Assembly: GCA_028279725.1 (NCBI GenBank)
Contig: JANQNE010000004.1
Span: 12,008 to 76,007, forward strand
Source of the DNA: Candidatus Nanoarchaeia archaeon
GTDB lineage: Archaea > Nanobdellota > Nanobdellia > Woesearchaeales > JANQNE01
Direction of reading: 5' to 3'
Length of the DNA: 64,000 nt
Position 1 is the first letter of the stretch, and each line of letters starts with the position of its first letter. The translations under genes and the position numbers were made by a program. A model generated the notes under the pieces. It was not told the DNA's origin. It did not search any database and saw only the letters and a program-made list of their open reading frames with translations. Below, piece by piece: positions 1-7,983 of this stretch.

Positions 1-1
1 T

Positions 2-175
2 GTCAATGAAGATAAGAAAGATTATATCGCTAACCAGACTTCTGTCAAAGGGATATTTGCAGCAGGTGATGTTACAGATGTTCCTGAGAAACAGATCATC
101 GTTGCGGCTGGTGAAGGTGTAAAAGCTGTTCTTGGGATATTTAAGTATCTTAATAAGAAGCCAGTTGGTTATTAA
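2..175 (+). CDS. thioredoxin reductase-like flavoprotein, C-terminal fragment (5' end off-window)
   Basis: Frame is open from the window edge to TAA 173-175. Translation ...[32 protein letters not shown]... has the C-terminal G-x-F-A-A-G-D FAD motif of TrxR-type disulfide reductases. Confidence 0.55.
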   Translation, partial: VNEDKKDYIANQTSVKGIFAAGDVTDVPEKQIIVAAGEGVKAVLGIFKYLNKKPVGY

Positions 176-847
176 TCAATTCTTTTTACAGACAAATAAA
201 GTATGATCTTTTTCAAACGGACCCAGGTATTTTTCATCTATGATCTGAAGTTTTTGTTCCAGTTCTTTTCTTACTTGTTTGAATATCTTTCTTGGTTCTT
301 TTGTTACATCTATTGATCTTGCTTTTACTGCTAATAATGCATATCCTCCTTTTTTTAAGAATAGGTCTGTGTTTTTTAGGAATATCTCTGTCTGATTCTT
401 TTGAGCGATGTCCTGGAAGACTATATCTACTGGTGTTATGAACTGAGCATAAGTCTGAGGCTGGTTTGCATCTCCTAATAAAGGCGTCATGTTTTTTCTT
501 TCTTCGCAGACATATACAAGATCTCTTACCACTCTTGGTGCAAAGTCCAGAGCGAAGATAAATCCATCTTTTCCTACAATATCTGATACATGCGAGGATG
601 TAGTTCCTGTTGAAGCTCCAAGGTAGAGTATGGTGTCATTTGGTCTTATGCCGATCTCCTTTATCCCTTTTACTATTCCAGCTGCAAGCTTTGATTTTCT
701 TGGATCCCAGTCTCTGAATTCTTTGTTATTTTCTTTTAGAAGTTTTTCTGTGTAGACTATTTTTCCCAGAGTCAGATTTTTAGTTAAAAGTATTGATGAT
801 TTTTTTTTCTTTATTTCAAATATTCCGGGAAATCTGCTTTGTCTCAT
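176..847 (-). CDS. flpA: fibrillarin, C/D-box sRNP 2'-O-methyltransferase
   Basis: 223 aa with SAM motif ILYLGASTGTTSSHVSDIVG and fibrillarin-like layout. ATGA overlap with the upstream HD gene. Confidence 0.9.
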   Translation of the reverse strand: MRQSRFPGIFEIKKKKSSILLTKNLTLGKIVYTEKLLKENNKEFRDWDPRKSKLAAGIVKGIKEIGIRPNDTILYLGASTGTTSSHVSDIVGKDGFIFALDFAPRVVRDLVYVCEERKNMTPLLGDANQPQTYAQFITPVDIVFQDIAQKNQTEIFLKNTDLFLKKGGYALLAVKARSIDVTKEPRKIFKQVRKELEQKLQIIDEKYLGPFEKDHTLFVCKKN

Positions 848-1821
848 CTTTTCAGTTTTATGAAGTATCCTGGTTTGACCTGTTCTTTGAATTCCTCAAC
901 TTCTTTTTTGAAATCTCCATCAGCTTCAGATAATCTTATAAGTTTTTCTCCGTCGATGAATTTTGGATCTATATGTCTTGGCTTGCTTTTTGCGTAGATA
1001 TCATGATCTTCTTTAGTTCCTGGTGTGATTACATCCAGGTGGATGTAGCTTAAGTATTCTATTATCTCATTGTTGTTTGAGTTCAGAAGCTTGTTGAACA
1101 GTTCTTTGTCTGTTGTGTAAAAGTCATCTTCAGTTACGATCTTTTCTTTAACTGCTATCTTTAGTGCTTCTGCAAGAAGAAGATATGATCCTGCCTGCAT
1201 CTCATTGCTCCAGAACAGTTTTGATGTCTTTAGGAAGAGTCTGGCTATCTTTTGTGCAGATTCTTTATCTTTGCAGATTATCTCGTTATTTTTGACTGTA
1301 AGGCCATCAAGGATGTCATTTGCTTCTTCCTGTGTGATTATTCCGAAACAGATGCTGTCTCTAAGACAGTAGTCTAATCTGTCGCAGCAGATATCCGGGA
1401 TCTCTCTTTCTAAAAGTCCGAAGTTGTGCGGATCAGATATCTTGTCGATATTTATTTTTCTTTTTTCTAATAAAGCAGGTATTGTTGAGTTCATTATCAT
1501 GTCTTTATGCTTTGAATCCCCAAAATCCTGTGTTAAAGGATCTCCAAGAACATAGTCAACAACATGCGAGAAAGCTGTATGGTTTATGTCGTGCAGAAGT
1601 CCTGCGATCTGCTCTTCTTTATCAGCTCCAAAGTGTTTTAGAAGGTGATAGACTCCAAATGAATGCTCAAATCTTCTTGTATTGAGTTTTGAATCCAGAA
1701 GTTCCCAGGATCCGTACTGGCCAATATGTTTTAGCCTTTCCATCTCCGGAGAGCCCATAAGCTCTATAATCATCGGATCTTCAATCTTCTGTTCTCCGTA
1801 TACTTTGTCTTTAATTATCAT
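844..1821 (-). CDS. HD-superfamily phosphohydrolase
   Basis: 325 aa. HD signature FEHSFGVYHL...GLLHDINHTAFSH. ATGA overlaps at both ends. Confidence 0.75.
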   Translation of the reverse strand: MIIKDKVYGEQKIEDPMIIELMGSPEMERLKHIGQYGSWELLDSKLNTRRFEHSFGVYHLLKHFGADKEEQIAGLLHDINHTAFSHVVDYVLGDPLTQDFGDSKHKDMIMNSTIPALLEKRKINIDKISDPHNFGLLEREIPDICCDRLDYCLRDSICFGIITQEEANDILDGLTVKNNEIICKDKESAQKIARLFLKTSKLFWSNEMQAGSYLLLAEALKIAVKEKIVTEDDFYTTDKELFNKLLNSNNNEIIEYLSYIHLDVITPGTKEDHDIYAKSKPRHIDPKFIDGEKLIRLSEADGDFKKEVEEFKEQVKPGYFIKLKR

Positions 1822-2315
1822 TTTATCATGTCTTTGAATTTTTTGTATGTGAAGAGGTCTGAATCCTTCATCTCATGTTCCTGGACAAACTTTCCCAGCT
1901 CTTCTAATGGGATAAAAAATCCCTGTTCTATCTCTTCTTCCTGTAATCTTATTTCTTCATCAGATACATATCTGTAAAGTTTGCCAAACCAATCATCTGT
2001 TTCTACTTTGTATCTATAATCTCCGATAAATTCCAGCCTATCAGCTTTGATTCCTATCTCTTCTTCGAGTTCCCTTAATGCAGCTTCTTCATATTCTTCT
2101 CCAGAAGAGACAAAACCTCCAGTAAACATAGCCCACAATAATGGTTCATCTTTCTTTTTTGAAGCTCTTTGATGGACAAATATCTCTTTTTTGGAATTTA
2201 ATACGAATGTATGAGCTCCCCTGTGGAGTATTGCTTTATTTTTAATCTCAGATCTTGGCTTTACATCAATAACTTTGTCATTCTCATCCACAACATCAAT
2301 CATCTCTTCATTCAT
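1818..2315 (-). CDS. NUDIX hydrolase
   Basis: Nudix box GGFVSSGEEYEEAALRELEEEIGI. Start set to ATG 2315, which shares ATGA with the nop5 stop. The longer track ORF (to 2486) would overlap nop5. Confidence 0.75.
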   Translation of the reverse strand: MNEEMIDVVDENDKVIDVKPRSEIKNKAILHRGAHTFVLNSKKEIFVHQRASKKKDEPLLWAMFTGGFVSSGEEYEEAALRELEEEIGIKADRLEFIGDYRYKVETDDWFGKLYRYVSDEEIRLQEEEIEQGFFIPLEELGKFVQEHEMKDSDLFTYKKFKDMIK

Positions 2316-3295
2316 TTGAACCTCTCCTCCAGGCCTTTCAGCAGCTGGTCCCCTATAAATTCTCCTTTGAAAAGGTCGACTTTTGCTGCAATAGATAGTT
2401 TGTCTGCTAATGCTCTTGATGCTTTTCCTTTCTCTTTTGCTTTTGATACCAAAGGATGGTTGATTATAACCCCATATTTGGGACATTTTGCTCCTGTTTT
2501 CATGTGCCTGAACAAAGCTTTTTCTGCTCCCAGCAATTGTACTGTTGAAGATGGGAATTCTGCAAGCTTTAAGAGAGAGCCTGCATGCTCTAACAGTTTT
2601 GCAGCTATGCTTGGTCCTGCGATAGCTGTTATATTAGGACAGTATGTTTCCATCATAGATTCTAGGTATTTTTCTTGTTTTGTTTTTAGCTCGAACAATG
2701 ATTTTATCTGAGATGCAAGATTTTTTATCGGCTTAAGGTCAGATTCTTTAAAATCTGCACCCATGCTGAGCTCTTTTTTTAGATCAATTTCTTTTAACAG
2801 AGCTTCTTTGTCTTTTTTTAGGATAAGTTCTACAAATTTTTCATGAGCTTCTAATGATCTTGAGAATTCTGGATTGTAGAGTTCATACCATTCTCTCAGC
2901 CTTTTTGAGAGCATGTTTATAGCTTTGTTTATCTCTTCGAGATTATTTATCGTCTGTATTATAAGGAAGTCCTCATTTACAGATTCTCTTACTTTAATCT
3001 TGGTTTGTAGTAGGTTTATGTTGTATAGTTCCTCTCTTTTTGTTTTAAGGAAGTTTACCAGTGCTGAGATCTTTTTTGGGTCTTGGGTCAGTTTTATTCC
3101 CTGAAGCTTTTCTTTCTTGTTTCCTAAGTAGAATAATTCGTCTTTGCTGTATTTTTTTACAGCTTCTTTCTCTTCATCAAGCCATTCTGTGAAATCCTGA
3201 TCCAGATTGCTTATCTTTACAGTCTCAACTATGCTGAAGTCAGGGTTTAGGATCAGAACTCCTAAACAATTCGAATATATGTATTTGACCCCCAT
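2312..3295 (-). CDS. nop5: Nop5 (Nop56/58) C/D-box sRNP core protein
   Basis: 327 aa. C-terminal Nop domain ...AGPSIAAKLLEHAGSLLKLAEFPSSTVQLLGAEKALFRH... Confidence 0.85.
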   Translation of the reverse strand: MGVKYIYSNCLGVLILNPDFSIVETVKISNLDQDFTEWLDEEKEAVKKYSKDELFYLGNKKEKLQGIKLTQDPKKISALVNFLKTKREELYNINLLQTKIKVRESVNEDFLIIQTINNLEEINKAINMLSKRLREWYELYNPEFSRSLEAHEKFVELILKKDKEALLKEIDLKKELSMGADFKESDLKPIKNLASQIKSLFELKTKQEKYLESMMETYCPNITAIAGPSIAAKLLEHAGSLLKLAEFPSSTVQLLGAEKALFRHMKTGAKCPKYGVIINHPLVSKAKEKGKASRALADKLSIAAKVDLFKGEFIGDQLLKGLEERFK

Positions 3296-3375
3296 GCAGG
3301 CTGTTATAAGTATTTCATTTAAAAAGCTTTCTTAAAAAGAAACGTTTAAATAGTAAGATTTTCCTTGTTTTGTTC

Positions 3376-3924
3376 ATGAAGGAGATCAGAGTACATGGGA
3401 GAGGAGGACAAGGAGCTGTTTCTACAGGCCAGATACTTGCGATAGCAGCATTTCATGACGGAAAGGAGAGCCAGACATTTCCTAAGTTTGGTGTAGAGAG
3501 AGCAGGAGCTCCTGTTGAGGCATTTGTAAGGATAGATGAGAGCAAGATAAATGTCAGATGCCAGGTGTATGAGCCTGAAGTTGTGATTGTTTTAGAGCCT
3601 TCTTTGGTTGATGCTGTTGATGTTACAGCTGGATTAAAGAAAAAGGGCATGGTTATAGTAAATAGCAATAAAAATCCTAAAGATCTTAGTATCAAAGGAG
3701 ATTATGATGTAAGGACAGTTGATGCAACTGCAATCGCTATAGAGATTTTCGGAAAGCCGATAGTAAATACAGCGATGCTTGGAGCATTTTCAGCTTTTAC
3801 AAAAGATGTTAGTCTGGAGTCACTGAAGAAAGCGATCGATGAGGTATTTTTGTATACAAAAGGACAGAAGATCGCTGATCTGAACAAAAAATGTATTGAG
3901 GAAGTATATAATAAGTCAAAATGA
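3376..3924 (+). CDS. porG: pyruvate/2-oxoacid:ferredoxin oxidoreductase gamma subunit
   Basis: ATG at 3376 (track ORF starts at TTG 3370). HGRGGQGAVSTGQILA motif typical of the gamma subunit. Confidence 0.85.
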   Translation: MKEIRVHGRGGQGAVSTGQILAIAAFHDGKESQTFPKFGVERAGAPVEAFVRIDESKINVRCQVYEPEVVIVLEPSLVDAVDVTAGLKKKGMVIVNSNKNPKDLSIKGDYDVRTVDATAIAIEIFGKPIVNTAMLGAFSAFTKDVSLESLKKAIDEVFLYTKGQKIADLNKKCIEEVYNKSK

Positions 3925-4172
3925 AGATTACAACAGGAGCAGTAGTTGAAGAACCTGGAAGTACAGTATCTAATAAGACCGGAGGCTGGAGAACATTCAA
4001 GCCTGTCAGAGATGATAAGGTTTGCATAAAATGCGGAATCTGCTGGGTGCACTGTCCTGATAATGCTATAAAGAAAGATTTTGATGCAGATCTAGATTTT
4101 TGCAAGGGCTGCGGGATATGTGCGCAGGTCTGTCCTAAGAAATGCATCAAGATGGTGAAAGAGGAGAAATGA
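3921..4172 (+). CDS. porD: pyruvate:ferredoxin oxidoreductase delta subunit (2x[4Fe-4S])
   Basis: 83 aa. Two cluster motifs, CIKCGICWVHCP and CKGCGICAQVCP. ATGA overlap with porG. Confidence 0.85.
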   Translation: MKITTGAVVEEPGSTVSNKTGGWRTFKPVRDDKVCIKCGICWVHCPDNAIKKDFDADLDFCKGCGICAQVCPKKCIKMVKEEK

Positions 4173-4200
4173 TAATAAAGGTCTATGATAAATTGTTCCA

Positions 4201-4231
4201 CGGCAAACTTTTAGAAAAAGTTTGATCAAAA
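4201..4231 (+). repeat. conserved hairpin motif, copy 1 (CGGCAAA-C-TTTT-AGA-AAAAG-TTTGAT)
   Basis: 8-bp stem AAACTTTT/AAAAGTTT, about 30 nt after the porD stop. Near-identical motif at 6001-6031 with a compensatory C:G to T:A change. Confidence 0.5.
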
Positions 4232-4237
4232 TCAAAA

Positions 4238-4296
4238 AGCCAATGATGAAGTTATTCCCGGCTGATCAATGATGAACGGAAGTAACTGCTGAGGCT
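4238..4296 (+). ncRNA. C/D-box sRNA (2'-O-methylation guide)
   Basis: Layout: AGCC-A-[ATGATGA C box 4243-4249]-12 nt-[CTGA D' 4262-4265]-TCA-[ATGATGA C' 4269-4275]-13 nt-[CTGA D 4289-4292]-GGCT. A 4-bp terminal stem AGCC/GGCT closes it. Intergenic between porD and cutA. Confidence 0.8.
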
Positions 4297-4308
4297 ATTT
4301 ATTAAAAA

Positions 4309-4611
4309 ATGATATTGTTTTACATACCATGCAAGAACAAGAAGGAAGCAGAGAAGATAGCTAAAGGATTGATCAAAAAGAATCTTGTCGCTTGTATGAA
4401 TGCATTTCCGATATCAAGTATGTATGAATGGAAGGGAAAATTAGTTAATGGAAAAGAACATTTGCTGCTGCTGAAGACAGCAAACAAGAACGCGAAGAAA
4501 GTGCAAGATGCTGTCGAGAAGATGCACAGTTATGATATTCCATGCATAATGAAGATAAAAGCAGAGGCTAATAAAAAATTTGAAAGGTGGATTGATGAAA
4601 ACAGTTGTTGA
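4309..4611 (+). CDS. cutA: CutA1 divalent-cation tolerance protein
   Basis: 100 aa. ...LVACMNAFPISSMYEWKGKLVNGKEHLLLLKT...HSYDIPCIM... matches the CutA1 pattern. Confidence 0.75.
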   Translation: MILFYIPCKNKKEAEKIAKGLIKKNLVACMNAFPISSMYEWKGKLVNGKEHLLLLKTANKNAKKVQDAVEKMHSYDIPCIMKIKAEANKKFERWIDENSC

Positions 4612-5746
4612 GGCGTCAAAAGCAGTTGCGTTTGCAGTTAAGCTGTGCAAACCCGGAGTTATTCCTATGTATCCTATAACTCCGCAGACTCATATAGTCG
4701 AAAGGCTTGCTGAGTTCATCAATGACGGCGAGCTTGATACAGAGATGGTGGATGTTGAGTCAGAGCACAGTGCTATATCTGCTGCTGTCGGTTCAAGTGC
4801 TATGGGGTTAAGGACGTTTACAGCTACTGCTTCACAGGGATTAGCTTTGATGCATGAGATACTTCATATTGTTTCTGGCATGAGGATGCCTGTTGTTATG
4901 GCTGTTGCTAACAGGGCTTTATCAGCTCCGATAAATATATGGAATGATCAGCAGGATTCAATATCTGCAAGAGATACAGGATGGATGCAGTTCTATGTTG
5001 AGAGTTCTCAGGAAGCACTTGACACTACAATACAGGCTTTTAAGATTGCCGAGGATTCAAGAGTTTTACTTCCGGCGATGGTCTGTCTGGATGGATTTAC
5101 TTTGAGTCATGTATGGGAGCCGGTTGATGTTCCTGATCAAAGAAAGGTTACTTCTTATCTTCCTAAGTATAAGCCGCTGCATAAATTAGATGTTGATAAT
5201 CCTAAAACATTTGGGCCTATTGGATATCCGAACAGCTTTATGCATTTCAAGCATGCAGAGCATGAGGCTATGGAACAGGCATTGCAGGTTATAAGGAAAG
5301 CGCATGATGATTATTCTAAGAAGTTTGATAGAAGCTATGGAAACGGACTGATTGAAGAGTATAAATTAGATGATGCTGATTATGCTATAGTTGGGATGGG
5401 AACTGTATGCGGAACAACAAGAGTTATTGTTGATGAGCTTAGGGAGAAAGGAGAAAAAGTTGGACTGCTTAAGGTGAGATGTTTCAGGCCATTTCCAAAA
5501 GATGAGATAATAAGAGCGTGCGGTAACCTTAAAGCAATAGCTGTGATTGACAGAGATATATCTTTAGGACAAGAGGGAGCTTTATTTGCTGAGATAAGAG
5601 ATGCACTTTATAATCAAAAGAAAAAGCCCATAGTTAATGGACATATATGCGGATTAGGCGGTAAAGATATTACATTAAATGATATTAAAGAAGTATTTGC
5701 TAAACTTAAGAAGGAGAAGGATGCAAAGACAGAGTGGATGCTTTGA
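4595..5746 (+). CDS. porA: pyruvate:ferredoxin oxidoreductase alpha subunit
   Basis: ATG 4595 preceded by AGGTGG (4585-4590). Contains YPITPQTHIVE and SEHSAISAAVG, typical of the alpha subunit. Overlaps the cutA end. Confidence 0.9.
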   Translation: MKTVVEASKAVAFAVKLCKPGVIPMYPITPQTHIVERLAEFINDGELDTEMVDVESEHSAISAAVGSSAMGLRTFTATASQGLALMHEILHIVSGMRMPVVMAVANRALSAPINIWNDQQDSISARDTGWMQFYVESSQEALDTTIQAFKIAEDSRVLLPAMVCLDGFTLSHVWEPVDVPDQRKVTSYLPKYKPLHKLDVDNPKTFGPIGYPNSFMHFKHAEHEAMEQALQVIRKAHDDYSKKFDRSYGNGLIEEYKLDDADYAIVGMGTVCGTTRVIVDELREKGEKVGLLKVRCFRPFPKDEIIRACGNLKAIAVIDRDISLGQEGALFAEIRDALYNQKKKPIVNGHICGLGGKDITLNDIKEVFAKLKKEKDAKTEWML

Positions 5747-5985
5747 TGGATGAGTATAAGCTAGAAGAGATCAGATGCAGAGTCTGCAAACAAGAGTTGA
5801 AAAAAGAAGAATTTCATTCAACTTTTTCAGGAAACCTGCACTACAAGACAACAACCTGTTCGTGCGGGAAAGAGGTAAACATACCTGTGAAGTTCCATGG
5901 ATCCGGAAAAGAAAAATGGGATGGGGATGTTGCTAAAGGAAAAGGAGAGGAAGAATCGATCGAGATGAAACTGGTGCTGGAATGA
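5734..5985 (+). CDS. small zinc-ribbon-like protein (hypothetical)
   Basis: 83 aa (or 79 aa from ATG 5746, which overlaps the porA stop). CRVC...CSC cysteine pairs. Wedged between porA and porB. Confidence 0.4.
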   Translation: MDALMDEYKLEEIRCRVCKQELKKEEFHSTFSGNLHYKTTTCSCGKEVNIPVKFHGSGKEKWDGDVAKGKGEEESIEMKLVLE

Positions 5986-6091
5986 CAATAGTGGATTACG
6001 CGGCAAATTTTTGCGAAAAATTTGATAAAAAGCAGGCGACATTTTGCCTTCGGCAAAAGTCCCCTAAATATTGGTGCTAGAATGACAATAG
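5972..6091 (+). repeat. ~80-nt hairpin-rich insert flanked by 20-nt direct repeats at the porB junction
   Basis: TGGTGCTGGAATGACAATAG (5972-5991) and TGGTGCTAGAATGACAATAG (6072-6091) lie exactly 100 nt apart. Both copies contain ATGACAATAG, the porB start. Two hairpins lie between them. Confidence 0.6.
6001..6031 (+). repeat. conserved hairpin motif, copy 2 (CGGCAAA-T-TTTT-GCG-AAAAA-TTTGAT)
   Basis: 8-bp stem AAATTTTT/AAAAATTT. Same flanks as the copy at 4201-4231. A second hairpin, TTTTGCC-TTC-GGCAAAA, lies at 6042-6058. Confidence 0.5.
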
Positions 6092-6978
6092 CAGGACTAC
6101 CGGAAGAGGAATTATTTGCGCAGGGACATACTGCTTGTGCAGGATGCGGACAGGCTTTGGCTGTTAGGATTGTGTTAAAGGCTGCTGGAAAGAACACAAT
6201 AGTTGCGAATGCGACTGGATGTTTAGAGGTATTTTCAACACCATATCCGTCAACTGCATGGAGAGTTCCTTGGATTCATGTTGCTTTTGAGAATGTTGCA
6301 GCTGTTGCGACCGGTATAGCTGAAGCTTTGAAACATAAGAAGGAAAAACATAATGTACTTGCTCTTGCTGGAGATGGGGGAACTTTTGATATCGGTATGC
6401 AGGCTCTGAGCGGAGCTGCTGAGAGAGGTCATAATTTCTGTTATGTATGCTTTGATAATGGCGCTTATATGAATACTGGCATACAAAGGAGCGGAGCTAC
6501 TCCAAAATATGCTTCTACAACAACTTCACCTGCTGGAAAAGCAGTGCATGGAAAGCAGGAATTCAAGAAGAATATGCCATTCATAATGGCTGCGCATGGA
6601 GCTTATGTTGCTACTGCATCAACTGCAAATTATATGGATCTTTTCAATAAGGTCAAGAAAGGACTAGAGTTTGACGGGCCTGCATATATTCAGGTTGATA
6701 ATACATGCGGAACCGGATGGAAGACAGCATCAAATATGAGTGTTGAGATATCTAAGAAAGCTTATGAAACAAGGATATATCCTCTTTTTGAGATAGAAGG
6801 TGGTGTTCTTAAGAATCTTAAGAAGCCAGCTAAGAAAGTTCCAGTGGAAGAATGTTTGAAATTACAAGGAAGATTTAAACATCTGAATGCTGATGAGATA
6901 AAAGATGTACAGGATCATGTAGATAAGGAATGGGAGAAATTGCTTAAATTGGAAGAATCCAAATTAAAACTATTCTAA
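6082..6978 (+). CDS. porB: pyruvate:ferredoxin oxidoreductase beta subunit (TPP-binding)
   Basis: ATG 6082 (track ORF starts at TTG 6022, inside the insert). Contains HTACAGCG and the TPP motif LAGDGGTFDIG...FDNGAYMNTG. Confidence 0.9.
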   Translation: MTIAGLPEEELFAQGHTACAGCGQALAVRIVLKAAGKNTIVANATGCLEVFSTPYPSTAWRVPWIHVAFENVAAVATGIAEALKHKKEKHNVLALAGDGGTFDIGMQALSGAAERGHNFCYVCFDNGAYMNTGIQRSGATPKYASTTTSPAGKAVHGKQEFKKNMPFIMAAHGAYVATASTANYMDLFNKVKKGLEFDGPAYIQVDNTCGTGWKTASNMSVEISKKAYETRIYPLFEIEGGVLKNLKKPAKKVPVEECLKLQGRFKHLNADEIKDVQDHVDKEWEKLLKLEESKLKLF

Positions 6979-6979
6979 A

Positions 6980-7486
6980 ATGCCACAAGCTGTAGTCCAT
7001 GTTTTGTTTACTATAATTCTTATAGATCTGTTCAGAGATTATGTGATAAAGGATAAGAAAAAGATACCTTTGCATTATGTTTTTATCGGCGGGATCGCTG
7101 GGTTATTGCCTGATATCGACATTCCTTTGAGCTGGCTTATCAATGATATATTTGGAGCTTCAATTCCTGTCGTGCATAGGACTTTTACACACACTTTGTT
7201 CTTTCCTCTGATACTTTTAGGGGCTGCTTTGATATTTTTGAAATTTGATAAGAAGAAATCCATCTTGATGGGAGTTATAACTTTTGGAGTATTTTTTCAT
7301 CTTGTGCTGGATATGATATTTGCAGGTTATGTGATGCCTTTCTATCCTTTAAGTTATAATCTGGTCGGCCTAGATCTTGTCGGGAAGATTGGACTGCCGA
7401 GCCTGATACAAGGATTAGAAGCTATTGTTCTTTTGGGTTGGTTGTGGCATGAAGAGAAGAAGCATAAGATAAGTGATTTCTTTTAG
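6980..7486 (+). CDS. YdjM/DUF457-like membrane-bound metal-dependent hydrolase
   Basis: 168 aa and polytopic. LLPDIDIP...HRTFTHTL histidine/aspartate pattern. Confidence 0.5.
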   Translation: MPQAVVHVLFTIILIDLFRDYVIKDKKKIPLHYVFIGGIAGLLPDIDIPLSWLINDIFGASIPVVHRTFTHTLFFPLILLGAALIFLKFDKKKSILMGVITFGVFFHLVLDMIFAGYVMPFYPLSYNLVGLDLVGKIGLPSLIQGLEAIVLLGWLWHEEKKHKISDFF

Positions 7487-7983
7487 ATAGACTGTGTCTT
7501 GAATTTTCCAGTGTATTTTGCCTTTCCTTCTGTCTTTTCCAGGATAAGCTGGCATACTTTTGTTCCTGGCTTTAGTGTCAATGGATTTGGAGAGAAGTTG
7601 TAGATCTCCAGCACTTGTTTGTTGTTGATGCCTGGCTGCATGAATGCTGCTGTTGAGTGGATTTGTAGGCCTAATCTTGCAAATCTGCTTCTTCCTGTAA
7701 GCCAGCCGCAGATGTTATCTGGAAGAGAGACTTTTTCTTTTGTTATTCCGACTATGAATTCATTAGGGTACAGGACGATCTTGTCTGTTGTTATCGCTTT
7801 TGTGTATTTCTTAAAGTCTGTGTTTTCTGTGATTCTTACTAATTTTGGTGTCTTGTATACTCTGAACTTGTTGTCTAATGTGAGATCGATAGAAGCTGGA
7901 CCTATGTTAGATTTTTTCATAGGAGAGATCTTTATTTTTTTGTCTTTAATTTCCTTTAATATCTCTTTTTTTGTCAGTATCAT
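7483..7983 (-). CDS. dcd: dCTP deaminase
   Basis: 166 aa with GPASIDLTL, GRSRFARLGLQIH and VLEIYN motifs. Confidence 0.85.
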   Translation of the reverse strand: MILTKKEILKEIKDKKIKISPMKKSNIGPASIDLTLDNKFRVYKTPKLVRITENTDFKKYTKAITTDKIVLYPNEFIVGITKEKVSLPDNICGWLTGRSRFARLGLQIHSTAAFMQPGINNKQVLEIYNFSPNPLTLKPGTKVCQLILEKTEGKAKYTGKFKTQSI

